A stretch of 64,000 nucleotides of DNA from an uncultured cyanobacterium (GCA_963793265.1 CAWBZI010000004.1:224001-288000), one strand, 5' to 3'. Positions 29,849 to 39,648 are shown, numbered from the stretch's first letter. Notes: a model not told the origin generated them from the sequence alone. Numbers and translations: made by a program.

Positions 29849-30415
29849 CTACCAAAGCGCGCGCGGGCTGTTAGAGGTAGGAGCGCTGCTTGGCGTAACT
29901 GCCGGTGTCGCGGCAGGCGTAGGTGTAGTGGTTGGTGTGACGGTTGGACTGCTAACAGGCGGATTGCTAACTGGCGTTGCAGGCGGAATAGCAGCAGGTG
30001 TCGTAGTTGTTTCTTCCATGTCTAATTCGGGCTCAACAACAGTTTCAGTTTCGACTTCGGCTTCTACGCCCGTTTCTACTTCAGTTTCAGTTTCTAGGCC
30101 CGTCTCAACTTCGGTATCCGTTTCAGTCTCTAGGCCCGTCTCAACTTCAGTATCCGTTTCAGGTTCTAAGCCTGCTTCGACCTCACCTTCTGTGGATTCA
30201 GTTTCTATATCGTCACCTACAGCATCTATCTCTGGTTCTGGGGTGGCTTCTGGTGTAGCGCTGGGGGTTTCTACCGGTAGCGTTGAGTCAGGCGTAGACT
30301 CTGGCAGGTCTTGGGCTTTAGCAGTTGGCGCTAGAAAAGCCTGTAGCCCGACAATAGATAAGGCAGAGACGAACAAGAAAAGACTTTTGACAGATAGACG
30401 GGATTGTGAGCGCAT
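29849..30415 (-). CDS. Secreted low-complexity acidic (E/T-rich, then P/T-rich) protein ending in PRALW
   Basis: Signal peptide ending AKA, ETETDTEVETGL repeats, Pro/Thr linker. Confidence 0.75.
   Translation of the reverse strand: MRSQSRLSVKSLFLFVSALSIVGLQAFLAPTAKAQDLPESTPDSTLPVETPSATPEATPEPEIDAVGDDIETESTEGEVEAGLEPETDTEVETGLETETDTEVETGLETETEVETGVEAEVETETVVEPELDMEETTTTPAAIPPATPVSNPPVSSPTVTPTTTPTPAATPAVTPSSAPTSNSPRALW
30085..30185. repeat. 36-bp in-frame tandem repeat (2 near-perfect units plus 1 degenerate)
   Basis: TTTCAGT[T/C]TCTAGGCCCGTCTCAACTTC[G/A]GTATCCG at 30085-30120 and 30121-30156. Confidence 0.85.
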
Positions 30416-30468
30416 AGTATAAATTTTTACAAAAGTTCAATTTGCCTGTACTGAAACTCATTATGGCC

Positions 30469-30490
30469 AAACGTGATCAAAATCACAATA
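30469..30490. promoter_or_regulatory. CRP-family binding site candidate
   Basis: AAA-CGTGA-TCAAAA-TCACA-ATA versus consensus TGTGA-N6-TCACA, about 55 bp upstream of the 30415 start. Confidence 0.5.
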
Positions 30491-30556
30491 AGTTTGTATC
30501 AATTTTATTCACGCTAGCTTTGAATAAATTTCATCTTTGCGCTATTACCGGCTCTA

Positions 30557-31723
30557 TTACTGATAGACGGAAAGCGGCAGGTTGAGCTGGCCGCGATCGC
30601 AAGAGAGGTCGTCATTTAACAGCTTTCCGTTCTCCCAAATGCCCGATTTGGTAGAACCGTTGAAAAATATGAACGTGCCTCTGCCGCTGCACTGGTTGTC
30701 TTTAAATTCGCCTATATATCGCTCACCCGTTTCTAAAATCCAGGTGCCTTTACCGTTGAACTGGTCGGCTTCAAACTGGCCGATGTATCGTCTGCCGTTA
30801 CTGAAGTTAAACGTTCCGCAGCCGTTGCGAGCGCCATTTTTATACTCCCCATCGTAGCGATTGCCGCTGGGGTAAACCATCGTGCCTTGGCCATCAGCAG
30901 GCTTGCCGTTTTCAAACGCGCCGTAGTAAATAGCTCCGTCTTGGTATCGGTGAGAAGCCGAGCTGATGATGGTGTTGGCAATTTTGACTTCCTGGCAGGG
31001 TAGAGAGATTGAGCCTGGCCCCTGTAGAGAGATAGCGGCAATCTGCTCGGGTATCTGTGAGTCTGTACTGTCTGTACTGTTGGAGCGAAGGGTTGTGGTG
31101 AGTCCGACTATGGCGATTGCCACTGCCGATCCTAATCCGATGATTAGCTTGACTGAACGGGGGCGATCGCTAGCGTGATCTTTAGCTTCGTGGCTAGGTA
31201 GTTGCCGAATTAAAGCTGCTAGCTCGCCTGCTTTGAATGACTTTCGTCTGGGCGATCGCTGCCTTGAGCGCCGCTTTGATTTTAGATAGATGTAGCGGCC
31301 CTGAAGCTCATTGAGCTTCGTAGCATCGTTAACTTGTAAACCTGATAGGTAAGCGCCTGTAAAGCAGCTCTGCGACAGGTTTGCCCCATTGGCCTGAGCG
31401 TTTGATAAATTGGCCTGACTAAAGTTAGCCTCGCTAAAGTTGCCTAAGCTCAAATCCGCCTCGGCCAGCGTGGCCTCGCTGAAGTCTGCGCCGCTGGCAT
31501 AGGCCGAATGTAGGCAGCTTTGGCTTAAGTTGGCACCGCTCAAGTTTGCGCCGATGAGGCAAGCGCGCTCTAGATTGGCTCCGCGCAGGTTATAGCCGCT
31601 GAGCACCTGCCCAAAAAGGTAGGCTGACCTCAAATCGGGCTTTTCATCAGGATTTTGGGCTCGCCAGCGGTTCCAGTCCTCGGCTCCTTGTTCAATAAGT
31701 GCCAAAAAATTAGTATCTGTCAT
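30557..31723 (-). CDS. Pentapeptide-repeat / TM / MORN-repeat protein
   Basis: A(N/D)LxxA repeats after WNRWR, one TM, then YxGxFxxGxxxGxG MORN repeats. Confidence 0.85.
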   Translation of the reverse strand: MTDTNFLALIEQGAEDWNRWRAQNPDEKPDLRSAYLFGQVLSGYNLRGANLERACLIGANLSGANLSQSCLHSAYASGADFSEATLAEADLSLGNFSEANFSQANLSNAQANGANLSQSCFTGAYLSGLQVNDATKLNELQGRYIYLKSKRRSRQRSPRRKSFKAGELAALIRQLPSHEAKDHASDRPRSVKLIIGLGSAVAIAIVGLTTTLRSNSTDSTDSQIPEQIAAISLQGPGSISLPCQEVKIANTIISSASHRYQDGAIYYGAFENGKPADGQGTMVYPSGNRYDGEYKNGARNGCGTFNFSNGRRYIGQFEADQFNGKGTWILETGERYIGEFKDNQCSGRGTFIFFNGSTKSGIWENGKLLNDDLSCDRGQLNLPLSVYQ

Positions 31724-31854
31724 ACATCACGAATAGGTGCAAGTAGTTCAGAACCTTTAGAAAAATAGTCGCTGTAGATAGCTGCTGCCCTGTCTAACTT
31801 TTACTCATGTACGTGCCTACAACAAGCACCCAAAGTATAGAATTCCTATACTCT

Positions 31855-32928
31855 CTAGTCCGTTCTAGTATTTCTTATGTTCCCGGTAGAAGCCATGCTC
31901 ACAAGGTTACAAAGCTTGTAAACAATGCGCGCGCCCACATTTCCATCCCACTCGTCGGGGCCTACTTCGCACAAATCAAAGCCGATGATTTTACGGCTAT
32001 CAGCGATCGCCTTGATCAAGCAAAAGGCTTCATCTAGCTCCAACCCCCCAGGGACAGGCGTGCCGGTAGTCGGACACAGCTTAGGATCTAGCCCATCGAT
32101 ATCGAAGCTGATGTATACGTGCGGCGGCAGGTCTCTGATAATGGTGTGGCAGAGTGTGAGCCAGGGGGTGCCTGCATAGCGCGATCGCTTCAGTTCTGTA
32201 TCGTGATGCAGCACAATACGACCCTGGGATTCCTTCGCCAGCGCTACTTCTCTGTGCGAAATGTCGCGAACGCCGACCTGCACCAGCTTAGAGACTTGAG
32301 GCAGCTCAAGCGCATTACGCATAATCGAGGCGTGGGAAAATCGAAAGCCCTGGTAGGCGTCACGCAGGTCGCAGTGGGCATCGATATGCAGGATGCCGAA
32401 GTCGGGATATTTTTCGGCAAGGGCTTGGAGTGCGCCTAGTGGAACGCTGTGATCGCCGCCGAGAATGCCGACGGTTTTGCCGTCTGATAGCGCCTGGCGC
32501 GTTTTGCTTGCAAGCCACTGGTTGATTTTTTCGCAGCCGCTGTTGACGCGGTTAAGCGCTTGCGTGAGTTCGGGCTTTTTGAGGGCAGCAGGGTTTTGTT
32601 CGGTGGCCTCAACAATCTTTTGGGCGGGCGATCGCAGCTCAGCATTCATCGCCTCAATCCACTTTGGCACAGGCGGCATGTAGATCCCCTGCTTCCAACC
32701 GTCAGGATTGTCGTAGTCATAAAAATCAAGCTGAGGCGAGGCGTCTAACACGGCCTTTGGCCCTTGAGCAGTGCCGCTATGAAACGACACCGTAACCTCC
32801 CAGGGCACGCCTAAAATGATGACACCAGCGGTGTCGTAGTCAAAAGGAAAGCCGAAGATATTGCCATTGTTGAGGCCGACACCGCCAGGGTCAAATGTGT
32901 TAATAAGCTGCTGTTTTGTTTTGTTCAT
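31855..32928 (-). CDS. speB: Agmatinase-family ureohydrolase
   Basis: GGDHSV, DAHCD, SFDIDGLDP and PVPGGL motifs. Likely start is ATG 32928, 8 bp after the speDE stop. Exact substrate not determinable. Confidence 0.85.
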   Translation of the reverse strand: MNKTKQQLINTFDPGGVGLNNGNIFGFPFDYDTAGVIILGVPWEVTVSFHSGTAQGPKAVLDASPQLDFYDYDNPDGWKQGIYMPPVPKWIEAMNAELRSPAQKIVEATEQNPAALKKPELTQALNRVNSGCEKINQWLASKTRQALSDGKTVGILGGDHSVPLGALQALAEKYPDFGILHIDAHCDLRDAYQGFRFSHASIMRNALELPQVSKLVQVGVRDISHREVALAKESQGRIVLHHDTELKRSRYAGTPWLTLCHTIIRDLPPHVYISFDIDGLDPKLCPTTGTPVPGGLELDEAFCLIKAIADSRKIIGFDLCEVGPDEWDGNVGARIVYKLCNLVSMASTGNIRNTRTD

Positions 32929-32936
32929 GTCGAGAG

Positions 32937-34226
32937 TTAGGCAGAACGGCTCAGCATGTTTTTGATAAACGTGGGCAGGCAGAAAGCGGCCTGGTGAATG
33001 GCGCTGTTGTAGTACTGCAAGCCGTGATCGCTGGCAAATTTGCTGGCGTCGTTGGTGTTCAATGTTTTTACGGGATGCGTGCCGTTTTTGGTGCCGTAGG
33101 TGAAGCTCCACATGCCAGTAGGATAGGTTTGAATGAAGACCAGGTAGGGGTGAACATTCTGGGGGCTGAAGATGTCTTGCAGGCAGTGGCTTACATCAAC
33201 AAATGCTTTTTGGTTGAACCGGGGTGACTCGCTTTGGGCGGTCAAAATGCCATCAGGCTTGAGGATACGGTAGACGTTTTGGTAGAATTCGGTGCTGAAT
33301 AGGCCGACAGAAGGGCCAACAGGATCGGAGGAATCGACCACTACAAAGTCGAAGCTTTCGGCCTCGGCACTAGCAACATAGTCAATGCCGTCGCCAATGA
33401 TGAGGTTGAGCTTGGGATCGTCTAAGGAGGAAGATAGAGAGGGTAAAAATTCGCGAGAGGCGCGTACGACTACTTCGTCAATTTCGACCATGGTGACACT
33501 TTCAACCGACGGGTGCCTGAGAATTTCGCGGACGCTGCCACCATCGCCGCCGCCAATCACCAGCACGTTTTTAATGCCAGGATTTGCCAGCATGGGCACG
33601 TGGATAATCATTTCGTGATAGGCAGCTTCATCGCGTTCGCTACACATCACCATTTTGTCTACGGTGAGCATTTTGCCGTATTTGAAGGTGTCAAAGATTT
33701 CGACGAGCTGGTAAGGAGATTTTTCTTGGAAGAGGCGATCGCCCTTATGCCGAATTGAGAGCGCGATATTGTCGTCTTTATCAGTAAACCAGACGCTGCG
33801 ACTGTGCTTAGGCGGCATTAGTTTTTGGGTGGCTACATCGCGCATATCGCCTAAGTCAATGTCAATTTTCTCTAACAGCTCTAGCTGACCGCGATTGAGT
33901 TCTATTGCCGAGCCATGCTCGGCTTCAAAGGCGACCTTGAGACTTTCGTAAGACACCCAGGGATTGACCGAATCGCCGCAGGTAAACAAATCAACTGCGG
34001 CATAGCGGTATTCGGGCCAGGTGTGAATAGCCAGGTGGCTCTCTTGAATGACGATAACGCCAGAGACGCCAAAGGGTGAAAAGTGATGAAATACCGAGTT
34101 AATGATGGTTGCGCCGCTCTTTGTAGCAGCTTCTAGCATGTCGTGTTCGATGCGGGGCACATCGTTGAGAATTTCGGCGGAGCAGCCGTGAAATTCGACT
34201 AGAATATGGCGACCGAGAGACTTCAT
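32937..34226 (-). CDS. speD-speE: Fused S-adenosylmethionine decarboxylase + polyamine aminopropyltransferase
   Basis: N-terminal [33 protein letters not shown] (pyruvoyl AdoMetDC); C-terminal [24 protein letters not shown] (SpeE). Confidence 0.93.
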   Translation of the reverse strand: MKSLGRHILVEFHGCSAEILNDVPRIEHDMLEAATKSGATIINSVFHHFSPFGVSGVIVIQESHLAIHTWPEYRYAAVDLFTCGDSVNPWVSYESLKVAFEAEHGSAIELNRGQLELLEKIDIDLGDMRDVATQKLMPPKHSRSVWFTDKDDNIALSIRHKGDRLFQEKSPYQLVEIFDTFKYGKMLTVDKMVMCSERDEAAYHEMIIHVPMLANPGIKNVLVIGGGDGGSVREILRHPSVESVTMVEIDEVVVRASREFLPSLSSSLDDPKLNLIIGDGIDYVASAEAESFDFVVVDSSDPVGPSVGLFSTEFYQNVYRILKPDGILTAQSESPRFNQKAFVDVSHCLQDIFSPQNVHPYLVFIQTYPTGMWSFTYGTKNGTHPVKTLNTNDASKFASDHGLQYYNSAIHQAAFCLPTFIKNMLSRSA

Positions 34227-34453
34227 GGGCAGATACCACAGTAGATACAGAGTGTTTGAGTGGGCGTGGCTCTAATTCTAGGGCGAGCGATTGAGCTGAG
34301 ATAGAGGTGCGGTAGATACAATAGCGAAACAAAGTGCATAAGCGCATCTTGCTTAACGACGATTGCCAAAATAATTCTAAAAATGCGGTTGCGATCGCAC
34401 AATTGAGTTGCCTAATCGTCGTAGGCTAAAGCGCAGTTAGGGAGATACATCTT

Positions 34454-36664
34454 ATGAATGCAGGTGACGGGCGCGGTGGATCTTCGCTGTTGGGCGATCG
34501 CTACACCATAGTGCGAGAGCTAGGTCGCGGTGGATTTGGCCAAACCTACCTGGCGAAAGACCGTCACCGACACGATGAGATGTGCGTGATTAAAGAATTC
34601 ATGCCGCAGGTAGAAGGGCAGGCAATGCTGGAGAAAGCAAAGTCGCTATTCGAGCGTGAGGCGCAGGTGCTCTACACGCTCGATCATCCCCAGATTCCTA
34701 AGTTTCGCCAGCTATTCAAGAGCGAGGCAGATACGGCGGACGGCCTGTTTTTGGTGCAAGATTTTGTGCCGGGCTTTACCTATCAGTCTTTGTTAGAGAG
34801 CCGTCAGGAGTACGGTGGTAAGTTTTCAGAAACGGAGGTGACGCAGCTTCTCTATCAGCTTTTGCCAGTGCTCACCTATATTCACAGCGCCGGGCTAGTG
34901 CATCGTGATATCTCGCCTGATAATTTGATTCTACGACCGGCAGATGGTCTGCCTGTGCTGATTGATTTTGGTAGTGTGAAGGCGATCGCCGCTAAGGTCA
35001 GCAGCGAGCTTTCAAACGCAAATTTTGAAGAGGTGGCCCTGACTCGAATCGGTAAGGTGGGCTACGTGCCCCCTGAGCAAATGAGCACAGGCGAGGTAGA
35101 TCCCTCTAGCGATTTGTATGGCCTTGCCGCTACGCTGCTGGTGCTGGCTACGGGTGGAGATCCGCAGATGCTAAAAGACCCTGAGCAGGGGGCAGTGGGC
35201 GGATTAGACGCTTTGAGCCCCAAGCTGAGCCGTATTTTGGGCAAAATGCTGGCCACCGATCGGCTCGATAGGTTTTCTTCAGCAGATGCGGTACTCAGCG
35301 CGCTACAGTCTGCTGAGAATCCGGTTGATAGTGCAGGCGGTGAGTTTGAGGAAGGCTTTGAGGCGATAGAGGCGGGTGCCTTTAATGAAATCCATCCGCC
35401 AACAGGGCTAGCGGGTAATGCAGGGCTCGGCAGTGAGTTTGAAGACGGGCAGGTGATGGCAATTACTTCGCCGGAGGTGCTATCGGCTGAGCCGTTAGAG
35501 CGAGCAGACAGCGCTGCTGATGAGTCAGAAACGTACGAAGGTGAGCTGGGTAGACCGCCGCAAAAAACCAGTAATAACAGCACGACTCAAGCCATTATTG
35601 GTCTGCTGGCCGTTTTAGGTTTGGTGGGTACGGCGCTGCTGTTTTTCTTTTTGCGAACTGACAATTCGCCAGCGGGTGCTGGGCAGCAGGCAAATTCGCA
35701 GGATTCTGTCCAAAATGTGGTGCTTGCAGACGGCGACCTTCCGCCTGAGGAAATTGCGCGCAAAGAAGAGATTCGTCTGCGTCGAGAAGATTTAGGCGTG
35801 GGTGAAACCTACTTCACGCGTCTAGTCGATCAGCTTTTTTATCAGGAGTATCCCACCCTGCTCACCAGTGGCCCTAATAATGGGCGGAAGACTCTAAGCG
35901 CGGCCCCTGACGATGAGCCTTTGCGCATTCGGTGGGATAACATCTCGTTTGATCTGCTCGAAACAATGGAGAACAACTACAGCCCCACAGTTTTGGACAA
36001 TTTGGGCAGCTATAGCGAGGAGAGTCGGGGCGAATGGCGATCGCTCATCAATAGTGCTAACGTCAATGACCGAGCGCTGAACGATCTAGTAGACGCGAAG
36101 TTCTTCACGCTTTTTCCTAGCCAGGCGGGTCGTGACTTTTTAACTCAGCCTATCGGCCAGCTTTATTACGCGCTAGCTGCCGATCGGGCTCGTGATATTG
36201 CTTCGGGCCAGCGGGTTGAGACAGTAGCCTTTGGTGAAAGTGACTTCAGTAAGGATGTCAGCGGTGAACTCGGGCCAGGCGAAGGTCAAATCTATTTGAT
36301 GCCGCTTTCAGCCGGGCAGCTATTGCGGCTAAACTTATCTGCGCCCGCAGAGAGCACCCAGCTTTCGCTCTATGCGCCTGAGCAAACAGACGATAATCCG
36401 GCTGTGTTTGCTGATTCTGAGCAGACAACCTGGTCAGGCTCGCTGTCACAGGAAGGCACTTATGAACTGGTTGTGGTGAACCGCTCTTCGTCGCCTATTG
36501 ACTACCAAATGACAATCTCAGTGGATCGAGTTACCTCTACGCCAGTTGCGCCTCCCAGAGAAGAGACTGATGATGAGGTTACAACCGACTCGATTCAGGA
36601 CGATCGGAATGACCAAAGTACAGTAGATGAGACTGATTCTGCTGCGGATGATGCGAGTGAGTGA
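34454..36664 (+). CDS. Hanks-type Ser/Thr protein kinase with TM and extracytoplasmic PPC-like domain
   Basis: LGRGGFGQTYLA, VIKEF, HRDISPDN, IDFG, GYVPPEQ, SDLY; one TM; C-terminal beta-sandwich (GQLLRLNL..GTYELVV). Confidence 0.92.
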   Translation: MNAGDGRGGSSLLGDRYTIVRELGRGGFGQTYLAKDRHRHDEMCVIKEFMPQVEGQAMLEKAKSLFEREAQVLYTLDHPQIPKFRQLFKSEADTADGLFLVQDFVPGFTYQSLLESRQEYGGKFSETEVTQLLYQLLPVLTYIHSAGLVHRDISPDNLILRPADGLPVLIDFGSVKAIAAKVSSELSNANFEEVALTRIGKVGYVPPEQMSTGEVDPSSDLYGLAATLLVLATGGDPQMLKDPEQGAVGGLDALSPKLSRILGKMLATDRLDRFSSADAVLSALQSAENPVDSAGGEFEEGFEAIEAGAFNEIHPPTGLAGNAGLGSEFEDGQVMAITSPEVLSAEPLERADSAADESETYEGELGRPPQKTSNNSTTQAIIGLLAVLGLVGTALLFFFLRTDNSPAGAGQQANSQDSVQNVVLADGDLPPEEIARKEEIRLRREDLGVGETYFTRLVDQLFYQEYPTLLTSGPNNGRKTLSAAPDDEPLRIRWDNISFDLLETMENNYSPTVLDNLGSYSEESRGEWRSLINSANVNDRALNDLVDAKFFTLFPSQAGRDFLTQPIGQLYYALAADRARDIASGQRVETVAFGESDFSKDVSGELGPGEGQIYLMPLSAGQLLRLNLSAPAESTQLSLYAPEQTDDNPAVFADSEQTTWSGSLSQEGTYELVVVNRSSSPIDYQMTISVDRVTSTPVAPPREETDDEVTTDSIQDDRNDQSTVDETDSAADDASE

Positions 36665-36665
36665 T

Positions 36666-37592
36666 TTAGCTGGCTAGATCTGCGTCGGCTAGGTCTGTGA
36701 TGAAAGGGGCGATCGCGCTAACAAATTCAGGCGCAGACTCATAGGGCATCACATTTCGCCCTTCGATAGTCACACCCTGAGCACGAGGAAAGTGATCCAT
36801 GTATTCTTGCAGGCGCTTTTGGCTGGGATTGTCGGTGATCTTCTCTAGCTTTTTAGCAGTTTTACGATCGATAGTAGAGGCTGATTCGCCCATGACGATG
36901 AGGACAGGCTTTTGAATTTGGGCAATGTCTTGAGCATAGTCTTGCCGCCAAAAGCCTGCTAAAAAGGAGAACACGGCGTAGCGACTGTCAAGGTTTTTTG
37001 CGCCCTGTTCTAGCATGGTTAGCCAGCGATCGCTCACGTCTTCGGCATTTTCAAATAGCTGCTTTTGTGAAAACGAACGCAAGAAACTTTCTCGCCGTGC
37101 ATAGCGATAAAACAAACTGCCCAAGGGCGACGAAAAGAACTGCCAGCCCAGCGTCTGCTTCCACTGATCGGAAGGCGTGGTCATCAGCCGCCAGGCCGGA
37201 GGCCCAGAAAGCACCATTCCGCGTACCTTTTCGCCCGCAGGTAGCGCCATCAGCCGCACCGCTACCGGGAGCAGCGCCCCCTGCACCACTAATACAACAG
37301 ATTCTTCTACCACTTGCTCAACAAAGTATGCGAGCTGCTGCGCCCAATCTTCGGGTTTATAAGCTTTGCTTGGCATATCGCTTTCGCCGCAGCCTAATAG
37401 ATCTGGGTTGTAGATTGCGCTAGTCGCCTCGGTTTGCTGCCACTGTTCTATGAAAGGACGCCAAAAGTTACCAGAGAGTCCTACGCCGATGGGGTGAATA
37501 AGTAGTAGCGCTGGAGCTTTGGCATCCGCATTCTTTTTTCTAGGAACCTTTTCAAAAGCGCACTGATGATTTTGCCAGGTGTAAAATTCCAT
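36666..37592 (-). CDS. Alpha/beta fold hydrolase (non-canonical nucleophile elbow)
   Basis: LLIHPIGVGLS, PDLLGCGES, VVQGAL, GRNVMPYE. Confidence 0.82.
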   Translation of the reverse strand: MEFYTWQNHQCAFEKVPRKKNADAKAPALLLIHPIGVGLSGNFWRPFIEQWQQTEATSAIYNPDLLGCGESDMPSKAYKPEDWAQQLAYFVEQVVEESVVLVVQGALLPVAVRLMALPAGEKVRGMVLSGPPAWRLMTTPSDQWKQTLGWQFFSSPLGSLFYRYARRESFLRSFSQKQLFENAEDVSDRWLTMLEQGAKNLDSRYAVFSFLAGFWRQDYAQDIAQIQKPVLIVMGESASTIDRKTAKKLEKITDNPSQKRLQEYMDHFPRAQGVTIEGRNVMPYESAPEFVSAIAPFITDLADADLAS

Positions 37593-37607
37593 GAGAAGAA
37601 CGGTAGA

Positions 37608-37644
37608 AGAGGGCTGTTTTATGAACCATCATAAACAGCTCTCT
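37608..37644 (-). terminator. Intergenic hairpin after the pentapeptide gene
   Basis: AGAGGGCTGTTT(T)ATGA...TCATAAACAGCTCTCT. Confidence 0.5.
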
Positions 37645-37677
37645 AGTAACCCGTTGAGACTTCTCCCCAATCCTTTG

Positions 37678-38271
37678 TTAGACGGTAGCCACAGGTGAAG
37701 AGAAGTTCTGACTGACTTCCTTAGCACTGAGCGCTTTTTCAGGAGCGGCTTCAAGCGATAGGTTAGCGTCTAGCTGCGCGCGATGGAGCATAGTGGCTTG
37801 CAAACAAGCAGCTTCCATTCTCGCTCCGGTGAGGTTAGTACTGGTTAAATCAGCGCCAGTTAGATCAGCGCCAGTTAGATCAGCGCCTCGCAGGTCGGAG
37901 TAGCAGAGTTTTGCGCCCCGCAGGTCTGCGCCTGCAAAGCTTGCGCCTTTTAAGTCTGACAGGCGTAGGTCGGCTCTGTGTAAAACTGCGCCGCTAAAGT
38001 TCGCGCCCGCTGCGTTGCTACGAACCATGACGGCCTGATGTAGATTTGTCCATCGCAGGCTAGCTTGTTCTAAATTGACTCGCCACATCATCGAGCCCGT
38101 CAAATCTGTGTTGTCTAGCTGCGCGTGGCTTAGCTCAGCGTTTGTTAGATCTGCCCAACGTAGCTGAGCACCTATAAGCTGTAGAGAAGCCAGGCTAGCT
38201 TCACGCAAATCTATGCGCTCGAAGTGGCGCTGACCTGCTGTGTATTTTTGGATGAGTTGATAAGCGTCCAT
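37678..38271 (-). CDS. Pentapeptide repeat protein
   Basis: YTAGQRHF N-cap followed by continuous ADLxG repeats. Confidence 0.92.
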   Translation of the reverse strand: MDAYQLIQKYTAGQRHFERIDLREASLASLQLIGAQLRWADLTNAELSHAQLDNTDLTGSMMWRVNLEQASLRWTNLHQAVMVRSNAAGANFSGAVLHRADLRLSDLKGASFAGADLRGAKLCYSDLRGADLTGADLTGADLTSTNLTGARMEAACLQATMLHRAQLDANLSLEAAPEKALSAKEVSQNFSSPVATV

Positions 38272-38425
38272 GTTGGCTAACTATGTCTGGCGCTTATGAT
38301 CGCTGGACAAGATTGTAAAGTTTCATTAACGCTTATCAATGTAACAAAATGTAACTTTAGTTGCAACGCTCCAGCATAAAGTGCTTTTTGTCTTTAGCTT
38401 TCCATCTTCACAAGGCGATTCGCCG

Positions 38426-38995
38426 CTAATGAACAGGCCCTTGAGCAGCGCAAACCGTAGACCAGCTTTCGTGGTTAAGTCGGGCATCCAGCAGGCCGCT
38501 GACTTCGCCGCGCTGGCCGATGATTCGTTCGCGGTCGAGTGAACCCGGCTGGGTGTAGGTCGTGAGCTGATCGAGGGTGGTGGCGGCGCATACCCAGTCC
38601 TGACGCTCGGTGGCGGTGGCAAGGCGGGCGTATAGCTGGTCGATGGCGCTCTGCCGGGCAAAGACGCGATCGTATTGAATGTAGTAGGCCATGTTGTCGG
38701 CGGCAGCGGCGGCGTAGGGATGGCCGGGCCGGATCATTAGGGCTCTTTTGAAGTTGATAAGGGCGGTGTTGAAGTCGCCCTGGCGGGAGGCGGCGTAGCC
38801 TACGTTCATGGCTTGCTGGAAGCTCATGCCTGCGGTGGTGAGGGCGGGTGAGGATTGGGGCGTTTGTGAGGATTGGGGCGTTTGGGCGATCGCACTTGAT
38901 GCCAAGTTAGCCGCAATCAATAACCCAGTAAGTCCCGCTGCTGCTAATTGGCCCAGAATGAAACCTTGGCGGCGTGTGGGTTTAATGGCGGACAT
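38426..38995 (-). CDS. Exported TPR-like protein
   Basis: RR-containing leader and signal peptide; MNVGYAASRQGDFNTALINFKRAL..RPGHPYA TPR. Confidence 0.75.
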   Translation of the reverse strand: MSAIKPTRRQGFILGQLAAAGLTGLLIAANLASSAIAQTPQSSQTPQSSPALTTAGMSFQQAMNVGYAASRQGDFNTALINFKRALMIRPGHPYAAAAADNMAYYIQYDRVFARQSAIDQLYARLATATERQDWVCAATTLDQLTTYTQPGSLDRERIIGQRGEVSGLLDARLNHESWSTVCAAQGPVH

Positions 38996-39141
38996 GGCAG
39001 CACTCTAGATATAGCGAGACGACTGACAGCCTAAGCTATTCTACGGAGCGGTTGCATGGGTGAAATCGACCAAGCTTTATCGTTAGATGGTAGGTTTCAG
39101 GTGATGGCTCAGCGGTTGTACTGAGCCAAGGAGCTAGACCG

Positions 39142-39591
39142 ATGCAGATATGGATAGATGCGGACGCTTGTCCGAATGCAATTAAGGAGATTATTTTTCG
39201 GGCGGCTAAGCGGACGAGATGTGCGCTGACGCTGGTGGCAAATCAGCCAGTGCAGGCCCCCGCTTATGCCGAAATGATCGTGGTGCCCTCTGGGTTTGAC
39301 GGGGCAGACAATAAAATTGTGGAACTGCTGGTGGCAGGTGATTTGGTGATCACCGCTGATATTCCTTTGGCGGCGAAGGTATTAGATAAAGGCGGCTTTG
39401 TGTTTAATCCGCGAGGGGATGAGTATACGAGCCGGAACATAGGCGATCGCCTCTCTGTCCGCAACCTTCTAGAATCCTTTCGCGGCGGCGCAGAGCCCGT
39501 TGGCGGCGGCCCGCCACCTTTGAACAATAGAGATAAGGCCAACTTTGCCAATCAGCTCGATCGATTTTTAACAAGGCATCATCAGAACTGA
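39142..39591 (+). CDS. YaiI/YqxD (DUF188) family protein
   Basis: [33 protein letters not shown]. Confidence 0.92.
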   Translation: MQIWIDADACPNAIKEIIFRAAKRTRCALTLVANQPVQAPAYAEMIVVPSGFDGADNKIVELLVAGDLVITADIPLAAKVLDKGGFVFNPRGDEYTSRNIGDRLSVRNLLESFRGGAEPVGGGPPPLNNRDKANFANQLDRFLTRHHQN

Positions 39592-39648
39592 AACCATACA
39601 CAAAGGGGCAGTGATAAAAGAGCGCGTTCAAGAGTGATTCACTACGGC

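Noticed and set aside
30085..30185. 36-bp repeats as a CRISPR array
   Set aside because: Units are contiguous with no spacers, lie in frame within a CDS, and no cas genes are present.
32929..33111. 61-aa N-terminal extension of the agmatinase ORF overlapping speDE
   Set aside because: ORF-caller extension to an upstream alternative start; family similarity begins at ATG 32928.
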